64,000 bases of DNA from a virus. Lineage: Duplodnaviria > Caudoviricetes. Positions 8,923-18,651 of this stretch are shown in pieces. How positions within the stretch are numbered: position 1 is the stretch's first letter; the number at the start of each line of letters is the position of its first letter. A program made the position numbers and the translations under genes. Below the pieces are notes generated by a model. It worked only from the letters and a program-made list of their open reading frames with translations, did no database searches and was not told where the DNA came from. The stretch lies in IMG/VR virus record IMGVR_UViG_3300027969_000041; one strand, written 5' to 3'.

Positions 8923-11900
8923 TTACAATAATCTTATTGATCAATGCATCCATGATGTTTTGTACATCTTCGCTTACAGGCACATACTTATTCTCGCTGA
9001 TCTTTTTACAACTACCTTCTTCGCCTCGTGCTTTACCTGGAACTTTTCTAAAACCTGTCCAGCACTTATCGTAGATTTTACTGTTGCCGTGTGCTTCGCA
9101 CATACCACAATCTGGGCATACTGCTTCCATGTCAATGCTTTCATCGTGCTTCTTTTTACCGGCACAGTGAGCCTTTTGTGAGAATCCTTTTGGATGACTG
9201 CAATTGATACTGCTCTTGTACTTTTGACTCCACTCTTCCGCCACTCCTTGATGTATTCGTGTCAAATCACTAGTAAGTACATCTTTAGTAATACCACCAA
9301 AGTCAGACAAAATTGTAATGCGAGAATATTTACGATCTTTTGATTGGGCTTCAATCTTTGCTTTTCGTCCTAGGTAAGATACTATATCACCAACTCCTAG
9401 TTGTTTAACTGTTGCGCCGCCTAGGTTAACTGGCGTATCACCTGCAAAGTTGCCTTGTGGTCCCCATGGATCATCGTTTGCTGATTCACCTTGCTGTTTT
9501 TGTTTTTCGGCCCATTGCTTTTCAAACTCTGCTTTTGCTTGTGCAGCTCTTTCTTTACTTGCGTCGGACTTTTGTTTTTGTTGATCCCAAGCCTTGCCTA
9601 ATTTTGCGGCAGCACTTGTACGAGTAGTCTCAGTAAGTCGAGGGCGAATTAATGCTGTGGATAATCTTTCAGCAACTGGTTGTGCTACCGGAGCAGGTTG
9701 TTGTACTGCGGGTTGTTGTGCAGGTTGTTGTGCTGGTGGTTGTATTTGCATCTTATTCCCCGAAATGTCCATTAAATGTTTAATCCAGTTTGGTGGAAGT
9801 TTTTGAGCACCATAATTTCCGCCGTTAAATCCGTTATTCCAAAAAGCAAATTTTTGTTCTGCTGTTTCAGTAGGAACCCATTTGCCCTTGGTTACCTCTA
9901 CAGAACTTTGAGATAGTGCTTGACGCATTTTGGTAAAACTCATACCGCTGCCGCCAGCCGCTTCATCTCGTTCTGTAACTTCTACTTCTATTTTAACATG
10001 CTCGTACCCTGGAAACTTTCTAACTTTCATTAACGACGCCCGGAACTGTTCGGCCATTGCTTTTCTGTCCTTACCTACTACTATCCAAACTGTATCGTAT
10101 CTTGGAGGTTTTCCTGGTAGAGGATTAATCAATTCATGCTTAATCTTTTGAAGTAAAGATCCGCCGTCGTGATCTACTGTTGAAATATTTTTAGCATATT
10201 GAGGATATAACTTATTCCATGTTTGTACTTTAACTGCTGGAGGAATAGGATCATCCGGGCCTTCAGCATTGCCAATGAACAAATAAGGATCACCACCTGT
10301 TTTATTTGCCAGTGCAATAGCCTCACTAAACAGTTGTTGATGTCCCATGTGACCAACTAAACTACCGACAGCGACTACTGCTGTTTTACTTTCGCCCCTC
10401 GGGCGTTCTGTTCTGGCACTGGCCATAGCAGCGTTCTTAGCACTGATAACATCGCGCTGTTCTTGGCTAGTAACTTTGATAGGACCTAGGCGACTATTGA
10501 TAACAATGCCTTCGTAGTCTTTGCCTAATATATCTTTACCAATAATATTAGGATCTTCAATAATGGCTTTTTCTAATGACAGCTTAATAGGTTGTAGTTT
10601 TTCTTCAACTTCTCTTTTAAGTTGTTGACTTACACGATCACGCTTGCCTGATGTATCACTGACAATCTGTTTTAATTCTTCGATGTTGTCCAATGGATTA
10701 ATAAGTTCAGTAACATCCAGTCCTTCTTTTTGTGTAAGACTATTATCAATAAACATTACACTACCACTGCTACCTACACTTAATAATTCTTTGATAAACT
10801 TATTAGAATCTTCTAGGTCTTCTCCTGTGCCAGCATCTGTGACACGGAATGGTACTAACGCAAGTTGTACACCTTCTGGTAATTTGTCATACTGTATACC
10901 TACAAATTTTAATTTACCTTCTGGAGTTTCTGTAGCAAACGGCAAATACAATACTTCGCAGGTTACTTGTTTGTTAACTAAAAACTCCGCACCTAGTTTG
11001 CTGTCTACTAATTGAATAGCATTCATCATTTCGTTGAATAGTTGATCAAACAACTGAGCACGACCTAGTATATCTGGATCAGTTGTACCTTTTTGTTTAT
11101 GGTATGCTAGGAAACCTGCTTGATAGCGCGGCTCAGTACGGCTAGTACCCATAAAAGGTTTGCCGTCTGCGTTCTTACCGAAGCGACCACCAAATCCATC
11201 TACTTTAACATTTAACGGAATATTCTGTAATCTAAAACTTCCATTACCGTCGCTTATTTCATCTAGTAGATCTAAAAAATCAGGTGCCTTTAGATCACGA
11301 AGGTGTGGCATACCTTTGCGTAGCTGTGCTTTAACTTCTGCTTCTGCTAATGGTTGAGCGGGCTTCTTGGCATTAAACGCAGCTTCATAATCTTTGGCCA
11401 TTTGTAAAACTTGCTTACGCATGTTCTTCATACCTGTTTGGTCTAACAGATAATCTATGGCTGTCATTTTTGTTTTGAAATCAGTCGTTGGATCATCGGC
11501 ATCGATCATTTGAGCGCCTTTGCCAAAGTTAATCTTTAAGAATTCATTAACTACAATTTGATGTTGATCGGGCGTAAAATATTGTTTCATTAATTCTACA
11601 CTGCCAACAAAGCTGGCCATCATTTTAGTTTGATTGCCTTCGGCAGGTGTACCAAAGAACTGCTCAAATTGTAGACTCATGTCTTTGATATATTCACTGT
11701 CTTTTGGCTCCAACGGAACCATTACAGGAACACCGTTAATTTCTAACGGAATATTTTCTTCTGGAGTAGGTTGGCGATATTTGGCACGAACCCCACCGCC
11801 TCCTACACTAGCTACAGCAAAACTAAAATTGGCATCGTGGAATGGCGGTGGCGGACTATCTAAATCTGCAACATACTCTTTGCCGTCGTCGCCTCCGAAT

Positions 11901-12682
11901 ATTCTAACACCCTTTTTCTTACCGGCACCTGTTACTTTAGCAATATATTTGTCAGTAGGAGCAACTTTGGCCAATGAACGATACAGCCATTGACGGAATA
12001 CACCCTTCATACCTACTTCTAGATCTTCCCAAGCACTACCATGACTTACCTGTGCCCATTCTGTAGGAATTTCAAATCCTCTAGCATCTGTGGTATAATC
12101 ACTAAATTCTAAATCAACTTGTAAAGTAATAGGCGGTTCGTGTACTTGCCATAATGCTAACCATTGGTCACTTCCCTTTTTTGTACCTAACAATGTAGCA
12201 CTACCAATATTAGCGCCGATGTTTTTATGTACAAATTCTTCTATCTGTGGTTCTAATCTGCGATCAATTTGTGTATCAATGTCGCCGACTTTTTTCTTTA
12301 CACGTTGAAAGTCTTTGTCAGCGACGCCAATCTCTTTTGGGTTAGTATCTGACTCGGGCTGATTTGGATTAAATCTAGGATTTGGTTGACGCAACTGCAT
12401 AAACCATTTACTGCTTCCGCTAATAAATGTTTCTACTTCTTTTTCAATTAACTCTGGACTCCAAATTGGTCTGCCGTATTGTTTAGTGAATAAGTTATTG
12501 ATATCGACTAATAGTTGTTTTACCGCAGGCTGCATAGCGGCACGGTTCTTTGAATCTATTTTACCTGCACTATAGGTGCCTGGCACGCCGGTCCATCCAA
12601 CAGTAGGTGTACCTGCAGCAGTATGACTGGCAAGGTTACCGCCTTCGTTGATTTGTTTTTTGAATATATCCCTCAGTATCAT
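8894..12682 (-). CDS. 1262-aa multidomain protein: pol-beta-like NTase + ligase-like NTase + HIGH nucleotidyltransferase + small Cys modules
   Basis: GSS..GDIDTQID..QVDLE; KVDG..EVLY..EGIVI..IKV; GHMGH..SFTKMR. Confidence 0.7.
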   Translation of the reverse strand: MILRDIFKKQINEGGNLASHTAAGTPTVGWTGVPGTYSAGKIDSKNRAAMQPAVKQLLVDINNLFTKQYGRPIWSPELIEKEVETFISGSSKWFMQLRQPNPRFNPNQPESDTNPKEIGVADKDFQRVKKKVGDIDTQIDRRLEPQIEEFVHKNIGANIGSATLLGTKKGSDQWLALWQVHEPPITLQVDLEFSDYTTDARGFEIPTEWAQVSHGSAWEDLEVGMKGVFRQWLYRSLAKVAPTDKYIAKVTGAGKKKGVRIFGGDDGKEYVADLDSPPPPFHDANFSFAVASVGGGGVRAKYRQPTPEENIPLEINGVPVMVPLEPKDSEYIKDMSLQFEQFFGTPAEGNQTKMMASFVGSVELMKQYFTPDQHQIVVNEFLKINFGKGAQMIDADDPTTDFKTKMTAIDYLLDQTGMKNMRKQVLQMAKDYEAAFNAKKPAQPLAEAEVKAQLRKGMPHLRDLKAPDFLDLLDEISDGNGSFRLQNIPLNVKVDGFGGRFGKNADGKPFMGTSRTEPRYQAGFLAYHKQKGTTDPDILGRAQLFDQLFNEMMNAIQLVDSKLGAEFLVNKQVTCEVLYLPFATETPEGKLKFVGIQYDKLPEGVQLALVPFRVTDAGTGEDLEDSNKFIKELLSVGSSGSVMFIDNSLTQKEGLDVTELINPLDNIEELKQIVSDTSGKRDRVSQQLKREVEEKLQPIKLSLEKAIIEDPNIIGKDILGKDYEGIVINSRLGPIKVTSQEQRDVISAKNAAMASARTERPRGESKTAVVAVGSLVGHMGHQQLFSEAIALANKTGGDPYLFIGNAEGPDDPIPPAVKVQTWNKLYPQYAKNISTVDHDGGSLLQKIKHELINPLPGKPPRYDTVWIVVGKDRKAMAEQFRASLMKVRKFPGYEHVKIEVEVTERDEAAGGSGMSFTKMRQALSQSSVEVTKGKWVPTETAEQKFAFWNNGFNGGNYGAQKLPPNWIKHLMDISGNKMQIQPPAQQPAQQPAVQQPAPVAQPVAERLSTALIRPRLTETTRTSAAAKLGKAWDQQKQKSDASKERAAQAKAEFEKQWAEKQKQQGESANDDPWGPQGNFAGDTPVNLGGATVKQLGVGDIVSYLGRKAKIEAQSKDRKYSRITILSDFGGITKDVLTSDLTRIHQGVAEEWSQKYKSSINCSHPKGFSQKAHCAGKKKHDESIDMEAVCPDCGMCEAHGNSKIYDKCWTGFRKVPGKARGEEGSCKKISENKYVPVSEDVQNIMDALINKIIVNEAIQNNRR
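9236..9250 (-). repeat. QGVAE junction repeat, copy 3
   Basis: CAAGGAGTGGCGGAA, one mismatch to copies 1 and 2. Confidence 0.9.
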
Positions 12683-12683
12683 G

Positions 12684-13058
12684 TTAGCGTCCTAACTTGT
12701 ACTTATCTTTGACTACATCTTCACGGAAGTGATTGAATAACTTTTCGCAGAGTTCTTTGCGTAATTCTTCTGTGAATGTTTTTTCAGGACGACCTGTTAA
12801 CTTTTTGTGATGATAGTATTCCATGCAACCTTTGTTAACCATAGGTAAGAATTCTTTAATACATTGTTCTTTGTCTAACTCTTCTTTCATACTCTGATGC
12901 TTCATCTTTTTTGCAATGGGCAAGGCATAGTCTTTGTGTAGTTTATCGTGATCTAGAATGTACCAAAATAGGTCATCGTGCATCTCTTTGTCGTCACTAT
13001 TTTTAGACATCTCTTTGCTGATATCTATTGTTTTTCCAAAAAATTCATTTAATAACAT
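12684..13058 (-). CDS. Hypothetical protein, first gene of the cargo operon
   Basis: 124-aa ORF starting MLLNEFF, downstream of a late-promoter motif. Confidence 0.75.
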   Translation of the reverse strand: MLLNEFFGKTIDISKEMSKNSDDKEMHDDLFWYILDHDKLHKDYALPIAKKMKHQSMKEELDKEQCIKEFLPMVNKGCMEYYHHKKLTGRPEKTFTEELRKELCEKLFNHFREDVVKDKYKLGR

Positions 13059-13111
13059 ATAATTAATATACCTAGATTTCGTGAGAACAGGATATACTCT
13101 CTCGTATAGAG

Positions 13112-13120
13112 TATTTATTA
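13112..13120 (-). promoter_or_regulatory. T4-like late promoter (TAATAAATA)
   Basis: Intergenic, about 54 nt upstream of 13058. Confidence 0.65.
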
Positions 13121-13140
13121 CAAGTTGATCAAACGGAAAT

Positions 13141-13536
13141 TTAGTGATTGACTAGTACTGATTGTACAGTACCAGCATTTATTTGAACTTTGCCACGAAC
13201 CCACACAAAATTGCCTGTAAAATTAAAGCAATCTACTGTGCTAGTAGACCTATTATCTATTAATCTATATGAAACTCTTGTATCTATTATATCGAACCAG
13301 TCAGTAGCTACAGGCTCAGATGCAAGGGTTGCTTGGGTTGTCATAGTACCAACAAACAAAGGAGAAGCAGTATACATAACAGTATGCATGCCATCGCCGC
13401 TACTAAAATATCCGTCGCCTTTGACTTTATCACTGACATATACTAGTGTAGTTGTGGCGGTGTTTGGATAAACAACCTGTACAGACGGGTTGCCGTTGGT
13501 GTTTGTAAAAAGAAAAGTTTGACTTAGTGCTGGCAT
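13141..13536 (-). CDS. Putative virion structural protein
   Basis: Beta-rich, Thr-rich 131 aa; ATAAATA at 13546-13552 just upstream. Confidence 0.6.
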   Translation of the reverse strand: MPALSQTFLFTNTNGNPSVQVVYPNTATTTLVYVSDKVKGDGYFSSGDGMHTVMYTASPLFVGTMTTQATLASEPVATDWFDIIDTRVSYRLIDNRSTSTVDCFNFTGNFVWVRGKVQINAGTVQSVLVNH

Positions 13537-13548
13537 AGTAAAGTATAT

Positions 13549-14220
13549 TTATGCCACTATTAGGTTCTCTCTTAGTACATATTCTTCTACAACCCGAACA
13601 TTATTACCTAAAAATAGACCAAACATGGCCAGTGTTTTATCATCCTCAACATACATAAATGGTGCTTGTACATAGGCGTTTCTGCCAGATAACCATCTAC
13701 TTGTAGAGTCTGCAATAGATATACTGCTGCCATATTTTTTAGCCCATTCTAAGAACTTAGGTCTAGAATCTAATGGCATGTTTGGTCTAAAGTTTATCTT
13801 GTATCTATATTTGTCATACGGAAAATTACTACAAATAACTTTCTTTTTACCACTGGACAGCATGAATTCTAGTTCTTCGTCGCTATCTGGCCCTGTAACT
13901 GCTTTGAGCCATTTGCCCATGTCTTTAACGATAGCATCTTTTAATTCACGATCCTTGCAAAAGAAGTTAAAATGACTTCCCTCTGCACGAATCTGTAAAT
14001 CCTTGTCTAGATAAGGTTCAACTACATTTAAAAATTCAATCACACAGGCTTTTTCCTGATCGGAGGATTTAACCCATGTGTTTGTTTTCTGTGCTGCCCA
14101 ATGTCTAGTGCCTTCTGCGCCAAGCCTAATAATCATACTAGACCTAGTTAGGATACATTCAATCTTAAAAGGCCACTTACCGTAGTAGAGCTTATTGATT
14201 TTCTGCTTCAGCCGGCTCAT
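13549..14220 (-). CDS. Hypothetical protein
   Basis: 223-aa ORF coupled to clpA. Confidence 0.75.
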   Translation of the reverse strand: MSRLKQKINKLYYGKWPFKIECILTRSSMIIRLGAEGTRHWAAQKTNTWVKSSDQEKACVIEFLNVVEPYLDKDLQIRAEGSHFNFFCKDRELKDAIVKDMGKWLKAVTGPDSDEELEFMLSSGKKKVICSNFPYDKYRYKINFRPNMPLDSRPKFLEWAKKYGSSISIADSTSRWLSGRNAYVQAPFMYVEDDKTLAMFGLFLGNNVRVVEEYVLRENLIVA

Positions 14221-16471
14221 CTTTGACCTTCATAATAGGCATAATATCAATGATATTAAGTTTTAGCTCGTTATTTGCAACTGTGACTTCGACTACGCCA
14301 CCGTTAATTAACTTACCAAACAATATCTCTTTACTCAGAGGCTTTTTAATCATTTCATCAATAGTACGTTGCAGTGGGCGAGCACCCATCTTACTGTCAA
14401 ACCCTTTGCTGATCAAGTACTCAACTGCTTCTGTGTTAGGTTTAACATGGATATTCTTATCTTTGACTAATGCATTAAGTTCGTCGATAAACTTCTTAAC
14501 AATTTTAATCATTGTTTGTTGATCTAACTTGCCAAACTTGATAACACCATCTAACCGATTACGGAATTCTGGAGCAAAGAACTTATTAACAGCGTCTTTC
14601 GGATCGCTATCGCGTTCCAAACTGCCAAAGCCGACGCTGTTCTTTTCAGCATCGGCAGCACCTAAGTTACTGGTTAGAATAACAATGGCATTACGACCAT
14701 CTGCTTTCTTACCATTACTGCCGGTGATAAAACCGTTATCCATTAATTGTAATAAAATAGTCAACACATCTGGGTGTGCTTTTTCAACTTCGTCTAGTAA
14801 TAGTACACAGTTAGGGCTTTCTTGCAAGCTGGTAATCAGCTGACCAGCATTGTCGTCAAACCCTACATAGCCCGGAGGAGCACCGATGAACTTGGCAACA
14901 CTGTGTTTCTCTTGAAATTCACTCATATCAAATCGTACAAGTTTGGTATTAAGATTTGCAGCCAGTTGTTTGGCAGCTTCTGTTTTGCCTACACCCGTCG
15001 GGCCTACAAATAAGAAGCTACCAATAGGTTTGTTAGGTGATTTTAAACCTGCTTGTGCAATAAACACTTTATCCAACAATGTTTCGATGGCTTTTTCCTG
15101 ACCATAGACCTTGGCTTTCATGTTCTTTTCTAGAGTTGCTAGATTAGCACCTTCTTTATTTGTTAGTTGTTCAACTGGCAATCCAGCAATACGACTAACT
15201 TCGAACAAAATTTCTTCATGATCAACAACACCGTCTTCTTGATCTTTGACTTTAAATCTAGCACAGGCACAGTCGATTAAGTCAATTGCTTTATCGGGCA
15301 ACTTCTTATCGCTCATATACTTGATAGAATATTTTACACTGTCAATAATTGCTTGATTAGTGATCTTAACACCGTGATGTTTTTCGTAATACTTCTTAAG
15401 ACCTTTAATAATCTTAATAGCAGTTGCTTCGTTAGGCTCATCTATGGTAACACGCTGGAATCGACGCATTAATGCACGATCCTTTTCAAAGTGTTTACGA
15501 TATTCTTCCCATGTGGTACTTGCTACAACTTTAATTGTTCCTTTACCTAGAGCAGATTTAAGCATATTGGCCATATCGTTGCTACTACCGTTGGCTGCTC
15601 CAGCCCCATTCATCATGTGTGCTTCGTCTATGAACAAGATACACTTGCCTTTTTTCTCAATAGCCCCAATAACAGTTTTGAGTCTTTCTTCAAAATCACC
15701 ACGATACTTGCTGCCTGCAAGCATAGCACTAATGTCTAGGCTATAAACAGTATGGTCCTGAATAAACTTAGGCACATTACCTTCAACAATCTTACGGGCA
15801 AGCCCTTCTGCGATGGCAGTTTTACCCACACCTGGATCACCAATCATAATAGCATTGGCTTTTGTACGGCGAGCAAGTACTAGTTGAATATCTTCAATCT
15901 CTTTTTCGCGACCAATAACAGGGTCAATCTTTCTATTCTTTGCTTTAGCTGTAAGATTAGTACAGAATTGTACAATCATCTTTTCTAGTTGTGCAGTTTG
16001 TCGAGATATACCCGGATCATCTGTAACTTGTTCTTCTTTGATAATTTCTTTCTTAATAAAACTAATGAATTGATCTTTGTCAATGTTAGCTTTACGAACA
16101 AAGTAACTAGCATGACTCTTTTTTTCTGCAAACATACTAATAAAACAATCAGCAGGTTCGATAATTTGACGACCACTAAACAATACATGTGTGAACGCAC
16201 GATTTAACATGCGGTCTACTGTGCTGGTCTTTTTAGGTTTTTCAGTATCAGCGTTGACAATTTCTTTTAGTTCATTAGAAATATATTGTTCGACATCGTC
16301 TTTTAAGACCTTGACATCTGTTCCGAAAGAAGTTAGTAGTTTTACAAACGATTCGTTATTCAGCATACTGAATAAAAAATGTTCTAGTGTAACGTACTCG
16401 TGACTATTCACACTGGCTACTTGTACAGCCTTTTCAAAGATTTCTTCTAGGTCTTTATTTGGTTCTAACAT
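14192..16471 (-). CDS. clpA: ATP-dependent Clp protease ATP-binding subunit (ClpA-type)
   Basis: Clp-N domain, Walker A GDPGVGKT and [29 protein letters not shown] loop, no ClpB middle domain. Confidence 0.95.
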   Translation of the reverse strand: MLEPNKDLEEIFEKAVQVASVNSHEYVTLEHFLFSMLNNESFVKLLTSFGTDVKVLKDDVEQYISNELKEIVNADTEKPKKTSTVDRMLNRAFTHVLFSGRQIIEPADCFISMFAEKKSHASYFVRKANIDKDQFISFIKKEIIKEEQVTDDPGISRQTAQLEKMIVQFCTNLTAKAKNRKIDPVIGREKEIEDIQLVLARRTKANAIMIGDPGVGKTAIAEGLARKIVEGNVPKFIQDHTVYSLDISAMLAGSKYRGDFEERLKTVIGAIEKKGKCILFIDEAHMMNGAGAANGSSNDMANMLKSALGKGTIKVVASTTWEEYRKHFEKDRALMRRFQRVTIDEPNEATAIKIIKGLKKYYEKHHGVKITNQAIIDSVKYSIKYMSDKKLPDKAIDLIDCACARFKVKDQEDGVVDHEEILFEVSRIAGLPVEQLTNKEGANLATLEKNMKAKVYGQEKAIETLLDKVFIAQAGLKSPNKPIGSFLFVGPTGVGKTEAAKQLAANLNTKLVRFDMSEFQEKHSVAKFIGAPPGYVGFDDNAGQLITSLQESPNCVLLLDEVEKAHPDVLTILLQLMDNGFITGSNGKKADGRNAIVILTSNLGAADAEKNSVGFGSLERDSDPKDAVNKFFAPEFRNRLDGVIKFGKLDQQTMIKIVKKFIDELNALVKDKNIHVKPNTEAVEYLISKGFDSKMGARPLQRTIDEMIKKPLSKEILFGKLINGGVVEVTVANNELKLNIIDIMPIMKVKDEPAEAENQ

Positions 16472-16971
16472 TAACGATATTTCCTTTTTTGTGTTTTCTT
16501 AACTGCCAGTGCCCATTTAAGGGTACTAACACGATCTTGGAATACAATACCTTCTAAATGATCTAATTCATGTAAGAAGCATTTGCAATTATATCCGTCA
16601 AATTCACTTTCTTGCCACTCACCCTTGGAGTTTTGCCAGCGAGCAAGTATTTTCTTAGGACGCTTTATATTAACATAAATGCCGGGGAAACTCAAACATC
16701 CTTCCTCCACATCTTCTACTATATCTACAGTAGCAACAACCATTGGATTGAAGAATGCCTGTGCGGCATCGGGGTAGTCTCTGTGTCCCATAACAAACAT
16801 ACGAGCAGGGATTCCGACTTGATTTGCGGCAAGTCCAATGCCGTCATGTGCCAGCATTGTTTTGATCATATCTTTTTCTAACTGTACTGGATCTAGACTA
16901 GGATTAGAAAAATCAAATTCGGGTAATTGTTCTCTTAATAACGGAGAAGGAAATTTATGTATGTGTAACAT
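16471..16971 (-). CDS. def: Peptide deformylase
   Basis: GIGLAANQ, EGCLS, HELDHL motifs. Confidence 0.97.
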   Translation of the reverse strand: MLHIHKFPSPLLREQLPEFDFSNPSLDPVQLEKDMIKTMLAHDGIGLAANQVGIPARMFVMGHRDYPDAAQAFFNPMVVATVDIVEDVEEGCLSFPGIYVNIKRPKKILARWQNSKGEWQESEFDGYNCKCFLHELDHLEGIVFQDRVSTLKWALAVKKTQKRKYR

Positions 16972-16976
16972 ATTAT

Positions 16977-17795
16977 TTAAGAGAAAAGTTGTTTAATAAT
17001 ATCACGTTGATACTCGTTTAATGTTGGTACTGTTATGTTAAGTTGAATTAACATACGACCTTTAAAACGATGATCGCTAATATGTGGCATACCGTAACCA
17101 TTTGCTGCCAACATTTGTCCTGGTTGTGTTCCCGGCTTAACTTCTATTTCTAAAGTCTTGCCATCTATTGTATCTACGGTAATAGTTTTACCTATCATTG
17201 CATCGATACAGCTAACATCTATAGACCTAATTAAATCGTCACCTTGTCGAGTGAATATTGGGTGCGGATATATATGAACACTAAGATGAATATCACCTCG
17301 GGGTATATTTGGAATACTATCATCGCCCATGCTAGCTAATCGCAGAGTTGTTCCGTCTTGCACACCTGCAGGAATTTTAACATCAATTAACTGTTCTTTA
17401 CCGCTGGGTAATACAATATTTGCCATTAGGTCCTTGCCACTGAACGCTTCTTCTAAAGAGATGTCGGTTCGCATATTCAATGTTCGGTTGCGTTGTTGTC
17501 TACGCCCTCCAAACATATCTCCAAATGGTCCTCCTCCAAAAGCATTGAATATATCTTCAAAGCCCGGGGGCATTCCTCCTCCGAATTGCTGGAATCCTTG
17601 AGGCATGGGATTATCGTATTGTTGTCGTTTTTGCGGATCACTGAGTGTGCGATATGCTTCTTCAACTTCTTGAAATTTAGCTGTATCACCACCTCTATCC
17701 GGATGATGGTTTGCCGCCATCTTTCGATAGGCCCGTTTAATTTCGTCTGGTGTAGCGCCTCGATTAACGCCTAATGTTTGATAAAAGTCTGTCAT
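16977..17795 (-). CDS. DnaJ/CbpA-type J-domain chaperone without Zn finger
   Basis: J-domain with HPD, G/F-rich linker, DnaJ C-terminal domain. Confidence 0.95.
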   Translation of the reverse strand: MTDFYQTLGVNRGATPDEIKRAYRKMAANHHPDRGGDTAKFQEVEEAYRTLSDPQKRQQYDNPMPQGFQQFGGGMPPGFEDIFNAFGGGPFGDMFGGRRQQRNRTLNMRTDISLEEAFSGKDLMANIVLPSGKEQLIDVKIPAGVQDGTTLRLASMGDDSIPNIPRGDIHLSVHIYPHPIFTRQGDDLIRSIDVSCIDAMIGKTITVDTIDGKTLEIEVKPGTQPGQMLAANGYGMPHISDHRFKGRMLIQLNITVPTLNEYQRDIIKQLFS

Positions 17796-17802
17796 AATTG
17801 AA

Positions 17803-17845
17803 AAAAGGTATAGTAAATTATACTATACCTTTTGGGCAATGTCAA
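17803..17845 (-). promoter_or_regulatory. Consensus sigma70 promoter overlapping a 13-bp terminator-like inverted repeat
   Basis: TTGACA(17845-17840)-N17-TATAAT(17822-17817); arms 17803-17815 and 17821-17833. Confidence 0.85.
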
Positions 17846-17850
17846 GAATT

Positions 17851-18060
17851 TTATTTCTTAGCTGGCGGAACTTCTGTGCCCTCTAACTTTTTATGTACCT
17901 TAATTTTCTTGCAATCTTGTTTTGCTTTACCATCTTTATCCAAAACTGGTTTACCAGCTTTGTCTACTTTATCGTGGCAAACTTCTTTTATTTCTGCTTC
18001 AGCAATTGCTGGACCGGATAAAAGTAAACATAGGCCTGCTACAAATATAATATTTTTCAT
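17851..18060 (-). CDS. Small exported Lys-rich protein
   Basis: Signal-peptide-like N-terminus, two Cys. Confidence 0.7.
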   Translation of the reverse strand: MKNIIFVAGLCLLLSGPAIAEAEIKEVCHDKVDKAGKPVLDKDGKAKQDCKKIKVHKKLEGTEVPPAKK

Positions 18061-18072
18061 AATTTTAATTCC

Positions 18073-18627
18073 TTATAATAATGGTTGTGGTTCTTGGGCA
18101 GGAGCCGGCTTACCGCCAAATCCTGTTACGACTGCTGGTCCTGTTGAGATTGGAGTTGTCCCCCAGCTTGGTGTTGAATTAACTGGCCCACCCGCTGGCG
18201 CTCCAAATCCTGAATTGCTACCAAAGCCTGTTGGTGCTGGTGCTGGTGAATTAAAACCGCCGGGGTTGCCGAATCCTCCTGCTGACGGTTGGCCAAATGT
18301 TGCTGACCCGCTCTGAAATCCTGTTGCTGGTGTTTGTAGTCCGCCATTGTTGGCTCCTCCTAGTTTTTCTTGAGTACGACCAAATGCCGCAATACCTAAT
18401 ACAGCACCCATAGCAATATGGAATAGTCCTGCACCTTGAAGTGTTAAAGGATTCCATTGCGTGATATTAGTATGAGTGAAGGTCTGTAATAGACTCCATA
18501 AGATTGGAAATACAATCATGTCCATGGTACATACTAACATGTACATCCAACCCATCATTGGACGCCATTTACTGTTCATCCAATCTTCTTTTTTTGATTC
18601 GCTTGCGCTTTTTACTTCTTCTGCCAT
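18073..18627 (-). CDS. 3TM holin-like protein
   Basis: KWRPMMGWMY..TM..GAVLGIAAFGRTQEK, as in GTA-type 3TM holins; Gly/Pro-rich tail. Confidence 0.75.
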   Translation of the reverse strand: MAEEVKSASESKKEDWMNSKWRPMMGWMYMLVCTMDMIVFPILWSLLQTFTHTNITQWNPLTLQGAGLFHIAMGAVLGIAAFGRTQEKLGGANNGGLQTPATGFQSGSATFGQPSAGGFGNPGGFNSPAPAPTGFGSNSGFGAPAGGPVNSTPSWGTTPISTGPAVVTGFGGKPAPAQEPQPLL

Positions 18628-18651
18628 TTGTCGCTCCTAGTGTTTGTTATG

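Noticed and set aside
13059-13111. Short hairpins in the leader of the cargo operon as an ncRNA
   Set aside because: Stems of 5-7 bp are AT-rich and match no recognisable motif.
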